From the NCBI GenBank assembly GCA_965219955.1, contig OZ244799.1, positions 4,064,001 through 4,128,000 on the forward strand: 64,000 nt of DNA, written 5' to 3'. A program made the position numbers and the translations under genes. Origin of the DNA: a bacterium (GTDB lineage Bacteria > UBA8248). Shown here piece by piece: positions 18,763 through 30,029 of this stretch. The notes below the pieces were generated by a model, which was not told the origin of the DNA, did not search any database, and saw only the letters and a list, made by a program, of their open reading frames with translations. Numbering within the stretch: position 1 is the first letter of the stretch; each line of letters starts with the position of its first letter.

Positions 18763-19760
18763 GCGGCGCGAATCCGACTACCGTACCCTTTCACCCAGTC
18801 CACAGCTGCATCCAATCGGTCAAACGTTTCGACCAAAATTCCTTTCTCCACCAATCCTGCTGCTTCATCAACACGATAGGGTAGTCGTAGTCGATGCAAA
18901 ATATTTCCGAGAATCAGAACATCATCTCGAAAGAGTTCGTCCGGCCGAGCAAACGGAATGATGTGATAAGCAACAAGCTGTGTAACTGGCGTACGTCCAA
19001 ACCAACGCTGGAAGAACGGACCGGATACATGCGCTTTGATTGATTTTTCTTTCCACCTACTACCCGTTGCGACTTGCCCAGCCGCCAAGAAAAACCCTGG
19101 TAGTTCGTCCCTTTGCTCTCTCCGAGCAAATACGTCGACTTGGTCATCTTTTGGGTTAGCGGGCGCAGAAGGGTCGGCCTCTACGTTGCCATCCTTAATC
19201 ACGTTCCAAATCTCTTTAAGCTTCTTTATAAAATCTGTGCCATCTGGTCTGGGGTACCCAAAAGACCAAGCAGGACCGCCCACTTCCGCAGCGATTGCGG
19301 CAGTGGCAAAGTACTGAAAATATTGACGAAGAGCTCTGACTTCATTATCAGTTGGGTAGACTGAGGCGTCTCCTATCAATGGAGACACGGACCTAAGATT
19401 TGAGAGAACTAATGATACCAAATAAGCTGCCTGCCCCAAGGTTGGGTCGTTGGCCGTAAATGTCACTACGGCGCCAGTTTCATCAAGCTCAAATGGATAT
19501 GCCAACTTCAAAATACGCCGCCTGAAATCCATACGGTTGATCGCACCGATTGCTATGACTTCCCGGGTTCTAATTTCATCGTCTACAGCCTCGAAACTAC
19601 CATCAGCCGATAAATCCAGTGCATCGATAATGTCCTGACTTAGAGCCTGTTGGTCGCCAGAAAAGAATGCTGCCAGTTCGAGATAATCGGCGGCTAAATC
19701 CAGATCAGGGTTTTGGCTCCCATGGAACTCATCCGAAGGTAGATAAACCGCGCCGCTCAT
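18759..19760 (-). CDS. Hypothetical protein, putative restriction-endonuclease-like (PD-(D/E)xK variant)
   Basis: KDDQVDVF...GQVATGSRWKEK resembles D..D..QxxxG Mrr-like nuclease motifs; ATGA overlaps with both neighbours. Confidence 0.55.
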   Translation of the reverse strand: MSGAVYLPSDEFHGSQNPDLDLAADYLELAAFFSGDQQALSQDIIDALDLSADGSFEAVDDEIRTREVIAIGAINRMDFRRRILKLAYPFELDETGAVVTFTANDPTLGQAAYLVSLVLSNLRSVSPLIGDASVYPTDNEVRALRQYFQYFATAAIAAEVGGPAWSFGYPRPDGTDFIKKLKEIWNVIKDGNVEADPSAPANPKDDQVDVFARREQRDELPGFFLAAGQVATGSRWKEKSIKAHVSGPFFQRWFGRTPVTQLVAYHIIPFARPDELFRDDVLILGNILHRLRLPYRVDEAAGLVEKGILVETFDRLDAAVDWVKGYGSRIRAA

Positions 19761-20899
19761 TCATCACCTTCGATTTCAAGTTTCTTTTTTCTCATCCTCG
19801 CATAGATGGCTTGCGCCGTCTCCGAGATGTCTTCGGCAATATCAATCAATGCTTGGTCTTGACCATCGAAGCCGCGAAGACTGTTTGAAGCTTCCCGTAC
19901 TGCTGTTCTCGCACGCAAGAGGGCTTCTGTGAGCTTCTGCCCTGCAGGTTGAATGCTCGCATGTGCCTCGGCCAGTGACCCTGTTGTACGTAGAACAGTC
20001 AATCCTTCCACACTTGCAAGCACTAGTCCTAAGTTTTTGATGTCAGGGTTTTGGGACTGAATTATAGGCTCAACACTTTCTTCTTTTGAACCGTAAATCC
20101 AACGAAGTACCTCACCAAGATCATCCAGTTTTTCTGTCGCAATCGGGGCAGGACCCGGATTGTACCTTGCCCAAGCTGCTGGCAGGCCCAAGAAGTCCAT
20201 ATAAGTGGAACGTGATAGTGCTGTGTACAAGTGAGAAAAATTAAAGCGTAGGGACATTCTATCGGAAAGATGGAAGTGTCCGCTTTCTTCAGCTTGTTCT
20301 AGTACGTAGATAGCATTTACCATGCGCTTGATTGTGTCGTGCTTGTCGCCAATTCGTTCGGCAATCTCATCTAGAGTGACATTTCCGTCACGATACCAGT
20401 CTGCAGCAAATTTCGCCTTGGCGTAAGATTCCCACTTCGCGGCACCGTTAATATGTTTGAATCCAACAAAGGATCGGGCGTCATCCCGACTTGCCACGCA
20501 ATAGACTGTAACTTGGTCAAGTGTCGCTCGGTTTTGTTCAGAGATATCTGGCAAATTGATTCGAAATTTTCCAGTTTTAGAAACTTTATCGGCAAGTGAA
20601 TCCTCACGAAACAAATTGATCGCTGCAAGCCGCCGGTTTCCCTCTAGGACTAACAAAGCGTTATCTTGCTTCATTACAATTAATGGTTCTATATCAAGAT
20701 ACCCATTCGCCGCGATCGATTGCAGAAGTTCTCCTAAATCCTCGCTACGGTAAAGTTGAGCAATAATCTCCGCATCAGCCGTCATCTGATCAACACTTAT
20801 TAAGCGTGGATTCTCATAGTCAAGCACGAGACAATCCACTGACACTTTCGTCGCTGTCTTGAGAGACACATCGGCTATGCTATTCATTTCTTCAACCAC
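19757..20899 (-). CDS. ParB/Srx N-terminal-domain protein with HTH-like region
   Basis: LDYENPRL, LLQSIAANGY...EPLIV, VLEGNRRLAA, LDEIAERIG. Confidence 0.8.
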   Translation of the reverse strand: MVEEMNSIADVSLKTATKVSVDCLVLDYENPRLISVDQMTADAEIIAQLYRSEDLGELLQSIAANGYLDIEPLIVMKQDNALLVLEGNRRLAAINLFREDSLADKVSKTGKFRINLPDISEQNRATLDQVTVYCVASRDDARSFVGFKHINGAAKWESYAKAKFAADWYRDGNVTLDEIAERIGDKHDTIKRMVNAIYVLEQAEESGHFHLSDRMSLRFNFSHLYTALSRSTYMDFLGLPAAWARYNPGPAPIATEKLDDLGEVLRWIYGSKEESVEPIIQSQNPDIKNLGLVLASVEGLTVLRTTGSLAEAHASIQPAGQKLTEALLRARTAVREASNSLRGFDGQDQALIDIAEDISETAQAIYARMRKKKLEIEGDE

Positions 20900-22376
20900 G
20901 CAAACCTTTCTTGTTGATGTATACGCTACCTTTCTCTAAGCCTACACTAGCGTTCTTGAAATCCACTTCGAGAGCCCTGATGTTCTTGGTTGTAAGAAGA
21001 ACTACGTCCTTTCTTGAACTTAGTAATTGTTGCCAGTACAACACCAAAGCGTTCAACCAATTTGACCTAACTTCACTTCAAGTTAAGCACGAACTATCCA
21101 ACAATGCTCTGGTGGAATCACTACTTCAGAAACTTTTCACATTTTTAAAAAATTATAGCATCAAAAAAATCAATTAGCATGCTCAAAATCTAGTAACAAA
21201 ATTTGTATCATGGCTAAAGCCGCTTACTCGACTTCAAACACTATGAGTCAAAGAATTATCTGCTAGATCTGTCATAATATGTGACGCCGACGCATCCCTC
21301 AGATAATGCCGTTACGGATCGGACTTTGAAAGGCACAGGTGCAATTGTCCGACAAGAGTAAGCATTCGGTGGCAAAGTGATGGCCGAGCTGAAACCGGTG
21401 CCTGCATGAAGTATTGTCCGAAAGGAGTTAAACCAGCGAAGTGCCCTCACCACTTCGGCAATGGCAGGATATTCAGGTAGTCCCGGTGAATCAGCAACAT
21501 TCTCACTGCTCGGTGGGGACATTGGCCCGCGTCGTTAACACTCACTCAGGAGAGTTTGTGGTCCGCTCTATCACCCCACGACCGAACGGATGTAAACGTT
21601 CGGTCGTGGGGTGATAACCTAGTCGATGCCGGAGACAATTTTAGGAATCGCGCGGTGTAGCCGGCTTGAGTTAGTGTTTTCCAGTCCTCCATCACCCTGC
21701 CGCCGAACGGATACGAACGGATGTAATTGTTCATCCGGGCCGTGATGGCAGCACCCGAATAGTTGCAGTTTGGTGTTCTGTCCGAACGTAACTAGTCCGA
21801 CCTAATGCTTTCCCCACTATCCAATTCAGCAGGGACCCAAGGCATTTGCAGTGCTTGTACAGCATTCCAATATTGGGCTTCATCTTTATGGGTCGCACCA
21901 AACCACATCCAATCGGCGCTGAGTCCCATTCCATCACGGCTTGGAAGAACATTTACATCTTTAGTAAGCGTTCGCTCGCACCGTGACGGAATAGGTCTCA
22001 GCGCCGCTCTGGTTCGGATTCATGTTGACTTATATGAGAAGGAAGTCGATGTCGGGATGCAGTCAATGCACCAAAGTTGCCTGAATATTCTGCCGATTTG
22101 GGTGGCAGCAAAAATATTAGGCCGGGCCAGTCACGTTTGGACAACCACCGAACTACCGCTGCTTGGACGCTTCTATCACGGCCCGCCCGAACGCTTACCA
22201 TCTTTACCCCGACACGGATTCGCCAGAGTGCGCGGCAGTTTTAATCAATCCGCTTTCGTTTTGATTACATAGTTGGAAATGCAGATTCAAGAAAGCATCG
22301 ACAAGATGAATATATGCAATGTTGTCAATATGTTACAGCAATTTAACGGCAAGTGAAAATTGCCTGAATATCGAAT

Positions 22377-22462
22377 TGGCGGAGGGAGAGGGATTCGAAC
22401 CCCCGGAGCTTTCGCTCAGTGGTTTTCAAGACCACCGCCTTCGGCCGCTCGGCCATCCCTCC
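22377..22462 (-). tRNA. tRNA-Ser(TGA)
   Basis: GGAGGGATGGCCGAGCGG...GTGGT-CT-TGA-AA-ACCAC, variable arm, GGTTCGAATCC, ends CCA. Confidence 0.95.
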
Positions 22463-22527
22463 GTGATCTGCGAGCGGTCGAGACTCTTCCGGCATTCTAG
22501 CACGGCTCGGAGGGGTTTTCCGCCGTC

Positions 22528-22805
22528 GTAGGGACAACCCCTTCGGGTTGTCCTGCCCTCCGTGGTTGTCCTTTTACAGGATGTTTACAATCAGGACAGG
22601 CACGGAGGCCTGTCCCTACGGGGCGGGCCTCCTCGTTCGGTTTGATTGCCCTCTCACTTCCATGAAAAGCAACCCCCCCTACCCCCCCTTGTCAGGGGGG
22701 CAAGAAAAAGCAAAACCCCCTCAGCCTGGCGAAGGGGCATCGCCTTTTTATACCCCCCTGACAAGGGGGGGGTAGGGGGGGTTGCCTTTATCCCCTGACA
22801 AGGAG
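22528..22805. repeat. GTAG-type REP pair plus CCCCCTACCCCCCTTGTCAGGGGGG palindrome module
   Basis: GTAGGGACAACCC...GGACAGGCACGGAGGCCTGTCCCTAC; near-identical modules at 46835-46893, 56725-56783 and 6600-6716. Confidence 0.85.
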
Positions 22806-23695
22806 GGTTCGCGGCGGGGCGCATTTCCCCGCATTTGCGGCTGGGCGCTCATCGCTCCCTCACGAGGTCCGGGCGGAATTCTCTGCATCCCGCTCGAAGC
22901 GACCCGCATTTGCCCGCAATTGCCGTCCGCGCGGATATGGGGGAGTCCGGTATGATGGAGAAGCCGGGCGCTTCGTTCGAGAATACGGAATTTCCGTAAA
23001 TTTCGATAAAATTAGATAAATTTACGGGGTAATTCGGTAAATTGACGGGGTCTTTCCGGGAATTGTTTTCTTTGGAAATGACGCCGCGGAATCCGGGCGC
23101 AGGGGAATCCTGCCACGGCCCGCGACGCCCGCCATGACGGCAAATGCGGGGAAATGCGGTGCCGCGCGTTGCGTATTTTCAGGGCGCGAAGGGCCGCGTT
23201 CGGGGCGCGCGATGGGCCGCGCCGGGGTCAATCGCGATTGAAGAGTGAGCGATTGCCGCGTTCGGGGCGTGCGTTGGGCCGCGCGGGGAAGCCCCGCGTT
23301 CGGGCTTTGCGCTTCCGGAGGAATCGACCGGAGCCGCCCGAGCCAACAAGGCGGAGGATCGGCCGAAGTCCGGGTGCGCATCCGCGCGACCGGATGGCGC
23401 TCCCGTCTCCGGGGCGGGTGGGCCCGTTTGCGGGGCCGTTGGCCCCCGCGCGGCGTATCCGGCCCGCCGCCGCCTCGTCCACGAGAGCGAAGCAGCCCGG
23501 CATCCCCCGCCGGATTCGCCTGTCGTCTCTCCAAACACCCGTCGAGGCTGATCAAACGGCTTGCATGGTATCAGCGAAGGCGGCGGCGGTGGGTAAAGAT
23601 TCTGTAAAGGTTTCCGCTCCGGGCGCCGGAGGGAATTCCAGGCCGGGATGAAACTGAAAATGTATCTAATTGATTTTTATGTTGTTATGTAGGTC

Positions 23696-24994
23696 TTAGA
23701 TAGATATGGAAGCGGTTCCGCCCATGTGGGGGCGCAAGGCCTCGGGTATCGTCACGGAGCCGTCCGCGCGCTGGAAGTTCTCCAGAATCGCCACCAGCGT
23801 CCGGCCCACGGCCAGCCCCGAGCCGTTTAAGGTATGGACGAATTCGGGCCTGGCACCCGCACCGGGGCGGTAGCGGATGCCCGCGCGCCGGGCCTGGAAA
23901 TCCTCGAAATTGCTGCACGAGGAGATCTCGCGGTAGGTGTTCTGCGACGGCACCCAGACCTCGATGTCGTACGTCTTGGCGGCGGAGAAGCCCAGATCGC
24001 CCGCGCACAGCGTGACGACGCGGTAGTGCAGCCCCAGTAGTTTCAATACTTTCTCGGCGTCTGCGGTGAGGCTTTCCAGTTCCTCGTAGCTCGTCTCGGG
24101 GCGGCTGAACTTCACGAGTTCCACCTTGTTGAACTGGTGCTGGCGGATGAGGCCGCGCGTGTCCTGGCCGTAAGAGCCGGCCTCGCTCCTGAAACAGGGG
24201 GTATAAGCCGTGTACTTGAGGGGAAGGTCCTCGCCGCTCAGGATTTCGTCGCGGTGGATGTTCGTGACGGGCACCTCGGCGGTGGGGATGAGGTAATACT
24301 TTCCGTCATTTACGCGGAAGAGGTCTTCCTCGAATTTGGGCAGCTGACCCGTGCCCGTCATGGCCTCGGGGTTCACCATGAAGGGGGGGAGCCACTCGGT
24401 GTAGCCGTGCTCGTTCGTGTGCAGGTCGAGCATGAAGTTGATGAGCGCGCGCTCGATATGCGCGCCCGCCCCCCGGTAGAGCGCGAACCGCGCCCCGGCT
24501 ATCTTGGCGGCGCGCTTCATGTCGAGAATCCCCAGGGCTTCGCCCAGCTCGTCGTGCGCCCTGGGTTCGAAGTCGAAAGCGGGTTTCTCGCCCCAGACCC
24601 TCACCAAGGCGTTGTCCTCCGCACTCCTGCCTTCGGGGGTGGTTTCATGCGGCGCGTTGGGCAGTTCCAGGAGGATATCGTTTTGTTTTTGTTCGAGTTC
24701 CCTCAGTTCTCCCTCCATGGATTTGGCCTCGGCCGTCAGGCGCTGGTTCTCGGCCAGAAACGCCTCGACCTCCTCCTCGGACGCCTTGTTCCTTTTCAAC
24801 TCGCCGATTTGCCTGCTGCGCTTTCTCACGTCGGCCACCCGGCTTTCGACCTGGTGGGTCAGATCCCGCCTTCTGGCGTCGATCTCCAGCAAGCCCGGGA
24901 GGTCCCAATCGCCGCCCCTTCGCGCGAGGGCGCGCGCCACCGCTTCGGGGTCTTGTCTGATGAGGCGAATGTCGAACAATTTCCACTCCTCCAT
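23696..24994 (-). CDS. serS: Seryl-tRNA synthetase
   Basis: [63 protein letters not shown]. Confidence 0.97.
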   Translation of the reverse strand: MEEWKLFDIRLIRQDPEAVARALARRGGDWDLPGLLEIDARRRDLTHQVESRVADVRKRSRQIGELKRNKASEEEVEAFLAENQRLTAEAKSMEGELRELEQKQNDILLELPNAPHETTPEGRSAEDNALVRVWGEKPAFDFEPRAHDELGEALGILDMKRAAKIAGARFALYRGAGAHIERALINFMLDLHTNEHGYTEWLPPFMVNPEAMTGTGQLPKFEEDLFRVNDGKYYLIPTAEVPVTNIHRDEILSGEDLPLKYTAYTPCFRSEAGSYGQDTRGLIRQHQFNKVELVKFSRPETSYEELESLTADAEKVLKLLGLHYRVVTLCAGDLGFSAAKTYDIEVWVPSQNTYREISSCSNFEDFQARRAGIRYRPGAGARPEFVHTLNGSGLAVGRTLVAILENFQRADGSVTIPEALRPHMGGTASISI

Positions 24995-25169
24995 GATGAA
25001 GCGCCGTGCGGTTTCTGCTTCGGCTAGTGAACATAGAACGGGAGGTTTCGCGCGTCAACGGAAACATCCCCTGGAGGTGAAATAACCGCGCTGGATTTTG
25101 GTCTCGCAAATGGGTATCCTCGATGAATCAGAAGCGTTTTCCGGCAACGACAGGGGATCGGAGGCGAAC

Positions 25170-25646
25170 ATGTTCGGCATCATGCGGTTGATAGTGCGCT
25201 CGGGAGGCGCCGTGGCCGTCTGTCTGGGGATCGTGGCCCTGGCGTTCTACGGCATCGCGCAGACGAGCGTGATGATAGTGGATGAGCCCGCCCGCGCCTT
25301 CAAGGTGCTGGGCGTCTTTTTCGCTCTGTCCGTCGTATTCTGCCTGATGCTGAAATGGGTTTTGCGCCAGGCGATCGCGCAGGCCCTCCGGCCGCTCGGC
25401 GCGGCGAAAGAGGCGACCTCGCGCCTCGTCTCCATCGGCGAGGAAGGCGGCAAGAAAGCGTTTCGCTCGCTCGGCAGAAGAACGCGAAACGCGGGCAGCA
25501 CGCTCACGTGGGCGGTGGGCGGTGCGGCCAGAACCCTGTGGCGCGTGCGCTATGTATGGCCTTCCTCCTGGCGGGGACGCCGCCGGGATGACGCGCAAAA
25601 GCCTGCGGATGTCATCCCCCTCAAGAGGAATCAGGAGGGTCGTTAA
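25170..25646 (+). CDS. Hypothetical membrane protein
   Basis: Two hydrophobic segments; GGAGG before ATG 25170; start uncertain. Confidence 0.55.
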   Translation: MFGIMRLIVRSGGAVAVCLGIVALAFYGIAQTSVMIVDEPARAFKVLGVFFALSVVFCLMLKWVLRQAIAQALRPLGAAKEATSRLVSIGEEGGKKAFRSLGRRTRNAGSTLTWAVGGAARTLWRVRYVWPSSWRGRRRDDAQKPADVIPLKRNQEGR

Positions 25647-25673
25647 TCTTCAGGCGCGATTGAGAGAGTTTTT

Positions 25674-26141
25674 TCACCTTTCCGGCTGGTCTTCTCTTTG
25701 CTCGAAAATCAGATAGTGGCTTTGCTCCATGTTCAGGTTCCTGTAAACCGCCTGGGCCGCCGCGTTCTGCGCGTCCACGTATAGCTGGAGCCCGCACGCG
25801 CCGGCCTGCTCGGCGAGATTTTTGACGTAGTTGTGCAAGGCCCTGTAGATACCCTGGTTTCTCTCGGACGGAACGACATAGACGTTCTGAATCCACCAGT
25901 ACTGGCCGTTGTTCCAGTCGCTCCACTCCAGCGTGACCCGGATTTGCCCCAGAATCTCATCGCCCCGGTGCGCGAGGTAGTATTGTCCCACCGATGGATC
26001 GGCGAGGGATTTTTCCACGCCCCGGCGGACTTTCCCGGGCTCCAGGCGCAGGTTTTCACTCTCCAGGGCCATCTCGATGTTGAACTGGACGATCGTTTCC
26101 GTGTCCTCGATAGTGGCCGGACGTATCTCGAAATTCATCAT
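25674..26141 (-). CDS. GNAT-family N-acetyltransferase
   Basis: IRPAT, WIQNVYVVPSERNQGIY, LYVDAQNAAAQAVY. Confidence 0.88.
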   Translation of the reverse strand: MMNFEIRPATIEDTETIVQFNIEMALESENLRLEPGKVRRGVEKSLADPSVGQYYLAHRGDEILGQIRVTLEWSDWNNGQYWWIQNVYVVPSERNQGIYRALHNYVKNLAEQAGACGLQLYVDAQNAAAQAVYRNLNMEQSHYLIFEQREDQPER

Positions 26142-26415
26142 GCCTCCGAATTGTCGGGTCTGTTTCGATTGTTCTGACGGACCCTATCCAATTCGATGAA
26201 GCAAGTAAAACCCGTACCGGGTGATATCATTTCCCAGGGTTTCATCCATGAACTTTGTGCGGAAATTCGCCTGTTGAGAAATAAAGGGCTTTAAGCCCAC
26301 AATAGATTCGGGCGTGGAGCAGCACTACGATTTCCCGGGTTTTTTCAGGAACTTGCCCAAACGGGTGTCGTCAGGTGAAACGAAACTGGTCAAGCAGGCG
26401 GGCCGCAGGAGCAGG

Positions 26416-27705
26416 ATGTATGACATGCGCTTGAAATTCATGGTGTTAATCGTTTCCATGTTCCTTTTCGCGCTCCCGGCGTTTTCCCGGAAGACATCAA
26501 AAAGCTTCTTCTTTCCCTCCGTTCAAGCTTCGGAAAAAAAAGGGATTCCCGGAAAATGGAAGCATTGGCGGGATTTCGTGAACGATCACTTCCGCTATCC
26601 ATTGCCTCCCATGGGCGAGGCGCCGAAATCATACAAGGGCGCCGAACGCTCCCTTTCGCCGGAGCGTTGCGGCAGCTGCCATCCCGAGCAGTACAAACAG
26701 TGGAGAACCACGCTTCACGCCAGGGCGATGAGTCCGGGCGTATACGGACAGCTCGTCGATATGTGGAAGGCGAATCCCGGGGGAGCGCAAAGCTGCAACG
26801 AGTGCCACGCGCCCTTGGCGGAACAGCAAAAGCGCGCGAATTTCGGCGCGGGCCCTCCGGCGAACTGGCGGAAAAACCCGGTCCACGACCGAAAACTGGA
26901 GATGAGTGGGCTGGTCTGCGCCTCATGCCATGTGCGCGATTGGCGTGTACATGGCCCCCGGAAGAAAGAGACCCCCGAAGGCATGGATGATACGACAGGC
27001 AATGGCCCGCATGGTGGTGTGGAGCGCACGCTTTTCTTCAGCCGCTCTGAATTTTGCACGGGTTGTCACCAGCACACGTTTCCCGGGCCGAACGGGAAAT
27101 CGATTCAGAATACCTACAACGAGTGGAAAAACTCGCTTTGGGGGGAGGAGGGCGTCTCCTGCCAGAGTTGTCACATGCCCGACCGGGCGCATCTGTGGCG
27201 GGGCATACATGACAAGGAGATGACGCAGAGCGCCGTGCAAGTCGACGTTTCGCTGGGAGCGGAAGCGCGCGGGGAAATCGTGACGGCCGTGATCAAGCTC
27301 ACGAACTCGGGCGCCGGCCATTATTTTCCCACCTACATCACGCCCTCGGTGGACGTCATCTCCGAACTTGAGGACAAGACCGGGCGAACCATTCCGGGTT
27401 CAAGGCAGATCAACGTAATTGAGCGGAAGCTCTCGCCCGATTTCAGCCGTGAAATCCATGACACGCGCATTCCCCCCCAAGAATCCATCACGTTCCGGTA
27501 CAGGAGGGGACGAGGCGAAGGAGCCGCCAGGCTCAGGGTGCGCGTTCACGTGCGGCCCGATGCGTTTTATTACAATTTCTTCATGGAATTTCTCAAAAAC
27601 CCTGCCATCTCGAGCCTGTCGCGGGAGCTCATCGAGCAGGCGAGAGACATCGCGGCGTCATCGGACTTTGACATTTATGACGAGAAATTCGAACTGAAAA
27701 ACTAG
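26416..27705 (+). CDS. Secreted pentaheme c-type cytochrome
   Basis: Five CxxCH motifs (CGSCH, CNECH, CASCH, CTGCH, CQSCH); N-terminal hydrophobic signal; start uncertain. Confidence 0.85.
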   Translation: MYDMRLKFMVLIVSMFLFALPAFSRKTSKSFFFPSVQASEKKGIPGKWKHWRDFVNDHFRYPLPPMGEAPKSYKGAERSLSPERCGSCHPEQYKQWRTTLHARAMSPGVYGQLVDMWKANPGGAQSCNECHAPLAEQQKRANFGAGPPANWRKNPVHDRKLEMSGLVCASCHVRDWRVHGPRKKETPEGMDDTTGNGPHGGVERTLFFSRSEFCTGCHQHTFPGPNGKSIQNTYNEWKNSLWGEEGVSCQSCHMPDRAHLWRGIHDKEMTQSAVQVDVSLGAEARGEIVTAVIKLTNSGAGHYFPTYITPSVDVISELEDKTGRTIPGSRQINVIERKLSPDFSREIHDTRIPPQESITFRYRRGRGEGAARLRVRVHVRPDAFYYNFFMEFLKNPAISSLSRELIEQARDIAASSDFDIYDEKFELKN

Positions 27706-30029
27706 GAAATCGATCCGGCGGCGCTCTTTTCGCGCACCGCGCGCACGACGTCCTCCGGCGCAATCGGCAACGTGTTGAGGTTCTGGTTTGCCGGGTCCCC
27801 GATGGCGTCCGCTATCGCGTTCGCAATCGCGGGCGCCGCCGGAATGAGCGGCATCTCTCCCGCCCCCTTGGCCCCGTAGGGGCCTTCCACGTCGGGCGAT
27901 TCCACGATCACGCTTGCAATTTCCGAGACGTCCAGACTCGTGGGGTTGAGTTGACTCTCGAAATCCGCGTGGGCGATGAGGCCCTCTTCGTGGTGGATCT
28001 GCTCGGCGAGGGCCCAGCCCAGCCCCTGTGCGATGCCGCCCTCTATCTGTCCGTTCAGGGTGAGGGGGTTCATGGCGAAGCCCACGTCCTGCGCGCTGGT
28101 GATTTTCACCACCCTGGTTTCTCCTGTCTCGGTGTCGACTTCTACCTCGGCGATTTGGGTGGCGAATTCGGGCCCGGGCCTCGAGGGTTCCGGGTGGCCG
28201 CGCACGTTGTCCGTCCGGTGGGGGGGATTCTCTCCGCGGTAGGAGCCGCGCCCGGTCACGGGGCCGTCGCCTTTCCATACGGCCGAATGCGCCACATCGG
28301 TGAACGCGATGGCGCGCGATGGCGCCGCGCGGACGAATATGTTTCCCTCGCCTATCTCCAAGTCTTCCGGGGAGGATTCGAGCATGCGCGCCGCCTGGCG
28401 AAGCATTTGTTCGCGGGCGTCTTCCGCCGCCATGCGCACGGCGTGCGCCATGTTGAACGTGGTCCGGCTCCCCGCGGAGATGGCGTCGAAGGGCGTGGCT
28501 TCGGTGTCGGCGATGCGGACGCTCACCTTTTGGACCTCGGCTCCAAGAACCTCCGCCGCCACCTGCGCCATCACGGTAGCCGCGCCCGTACCGAGGTCGG
28601 CGCATCCGGCCAGCACGGCCAGGCCCCCGTCCTCGTTCACCTTGACCACGGCGCCCGACGCTCCCCCGCCCGTGGGATAGCGTGCGCAGCCGATGCCCAT
28701 CCCCCGCCTGATTCTGCCATTCCGGTTTTCTTTTTTCTGCTTCCCCCAGCCCGCTTTCTTGCCCGCGCGCTCGAGCGTTTCCTTGATGCTTACGCTCTGC
28801 AGAATCGTGCCTGCGGGGTCCTCATCGTTTTCATCCATCCCGTTGAGGATTCGAAAGGCGAGCGGGTCCATTTCCAGTTCCGAGGCGATGCGGTCGGTAT
28901 GGCGTTCGCAGGCGAAAGCGACCTGCGCAACGCCCAATCCCCGGTAGGAGCCGCTGGGCGGAAGGTTCGTATACACGAGCAGACCGTCCACCCGGACGTT
29001 AGGAATCTTGTATGGTCCCGCGCTGGTGTAGCAGGATTTGCCCAGCACCATCGGCCCCGTCATGCAGTAGGCGCCGTTGTTCGATGTGATTTGTATGTGG
29101 CGCGCAATGATTTTCCCCTCCCGCGTCACACCCGTGCGATAGCGCATGCGGTAAGCGTGCCTCGGGTTTCCGGTGATGGTTTCCTCCTCGCGGTTGAGCG
29201 TCAGTTGAACGGGCCGGTTCGACTTTCTGCTCAAAAGTACGGCCAGGGCTTCCATCAGATGTTGGGATTTGCCGCCGAAAGCGCCGCCCACATGGGTGCT
29301 CACGACGCGCAGTTTGTTCATGGGGAGTTCGAGAATTTCCGAGGCGATGGCGCGCACCACGAAAGCCCCCTGGGTGGGCGAATAGACTATCGTGCTGTCC
29401 TCGGGTCCCGGCTCTGCGAGCATGGCGCGGGGCTCGAGATAGTTCTGGTGAACGCGGGGGGTTTCGTATTCGTCCTCGAATACGAAATCCGCGCGCGCGA
29501 GCGCGGCTTCGATGGGATCGCCCGAGCGAATGAGAATATCGGCGGCCACGTTCCCGTAGCGCACGATGCCCGGATATGATGCGTAATCATCCAGCGTGTC
29601 ATGCAGCAGTGGCGCGTCGTCCTTCGTGGCGTCATCCGTCGTGAAAACGGCGGGGAGCACCTTGTAATCGACATGAATTTTCTCGATTGCTGCTTGCGCG
29701 GCTTCGGGGGTTTCGGCGGCCACGGCCGCCACGCGTTCGCCGACGTAAAGCACCTTGTCGATGGCGAGCAGCGGTTCATCGCGCACGAGCCTGCCGTGGC
29801 GGATGCCGGAAAAATCATCCGCGGTGACGACGGCGTGTACGCCGGGAACCTTCAAGGCGTCTGTGGTGTCGATTTTCTTGATCTCGGCGTGGGGGTGCGA
29901 GCTCAGGAGCAATTTCGCGGTGAGGCAGCCGTGCCTCCTTAAGTCATCGCCGAAGTCGGCGAGTCCTGAGACCTTCTCTGCGGAGTCGAGTCTCGGTATG
30001 GATTTGCCCAGAACCTGATATTCAGACAT
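27702..30029 (-). CDS. Xanthine dehydrogenase-family molybdopterin-binding subunit
   Basis: HQNYLEP, VGGAFGGK, SYRGLG, DLGTG, GQIEGG, GAKGAGE. Confidence 0.92.
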   Translation of the reverse strand: MSEYQVLGKSIPRLDSAEKVSGLADFGDDLRRHGCLTAKLLLSSHPHAEIKKIDTTDALKVPGVHAVVTADDFSGIRHGRLVRDEPLLAIDKVLYVGERVAAVAAETPEAAQAAIEKIHVDYKVLPAVFTTDDATKDDAPLLHDTLDDYASYPGIVRYGNVAADILIRSGDPIEAALARADFVFEDEYETPRVHQNYLEPRAMLAEPGPEDSTIVYSPTQGAFVVRAIASEILELPMNKLRVVSTHVGGAFGGKSQHLMEALAVLLSRKSNRPVQLTLNREEETITGNPRHAYRMRYRTGVTREGKIIARHIQITSNNGAYCMTGPMVLGKSCYTSAGPYKIPNVRVDGLLVYTNLPPSGSYRGLGVAQVAFACERHTDRIASELEMDPLAFRILNGMDENDEDPAGTILQSVSIKETLERAGKKAGWGKQKKENRNGRIRRGMGIGCARYPTGGGASGAVVKVNEDGGLAVLAGCADLGTGAATVMAQVAAEVLGAEVQKVSVRIADTEATPFDAISAGSRTTFNMAHAVRMAAEDAREQMLRQAARMLESSPEDLEIGEGNIFVRAAPSRAIAFTDVAHSAVWKGDGPVTGRGSYRGENPPHRTDNVRGHPEPSRPGPEFATQIAEVEVDTETGETRVVKITSAQDVGFAMNPLTLNGQIEGGIAQGLGWALAEQIHHEEGLIAHADFESQLNPTSLDVSEIASVIVESPDVEGPYGAKGAGEMPLIPAAPAIANAIADAIGDPANQNLNTLPIAPEDVVRAVREKSAAGSIS

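Noticed and set aside
22377-22462. tRNA with TGA anticodon read as tRNA-Sec or a UGA suppressor
   Set aside because: Anticodon TGA reads UCA (Ser); tRNA-Sec would need anticodon TCA and an extended acceptor stem
23022-23651. ORFs between tRNA-Ser and serS
   Set aside because: Low-complexity Arg/Pro/Gly translations in several frames with no RBS or motif support
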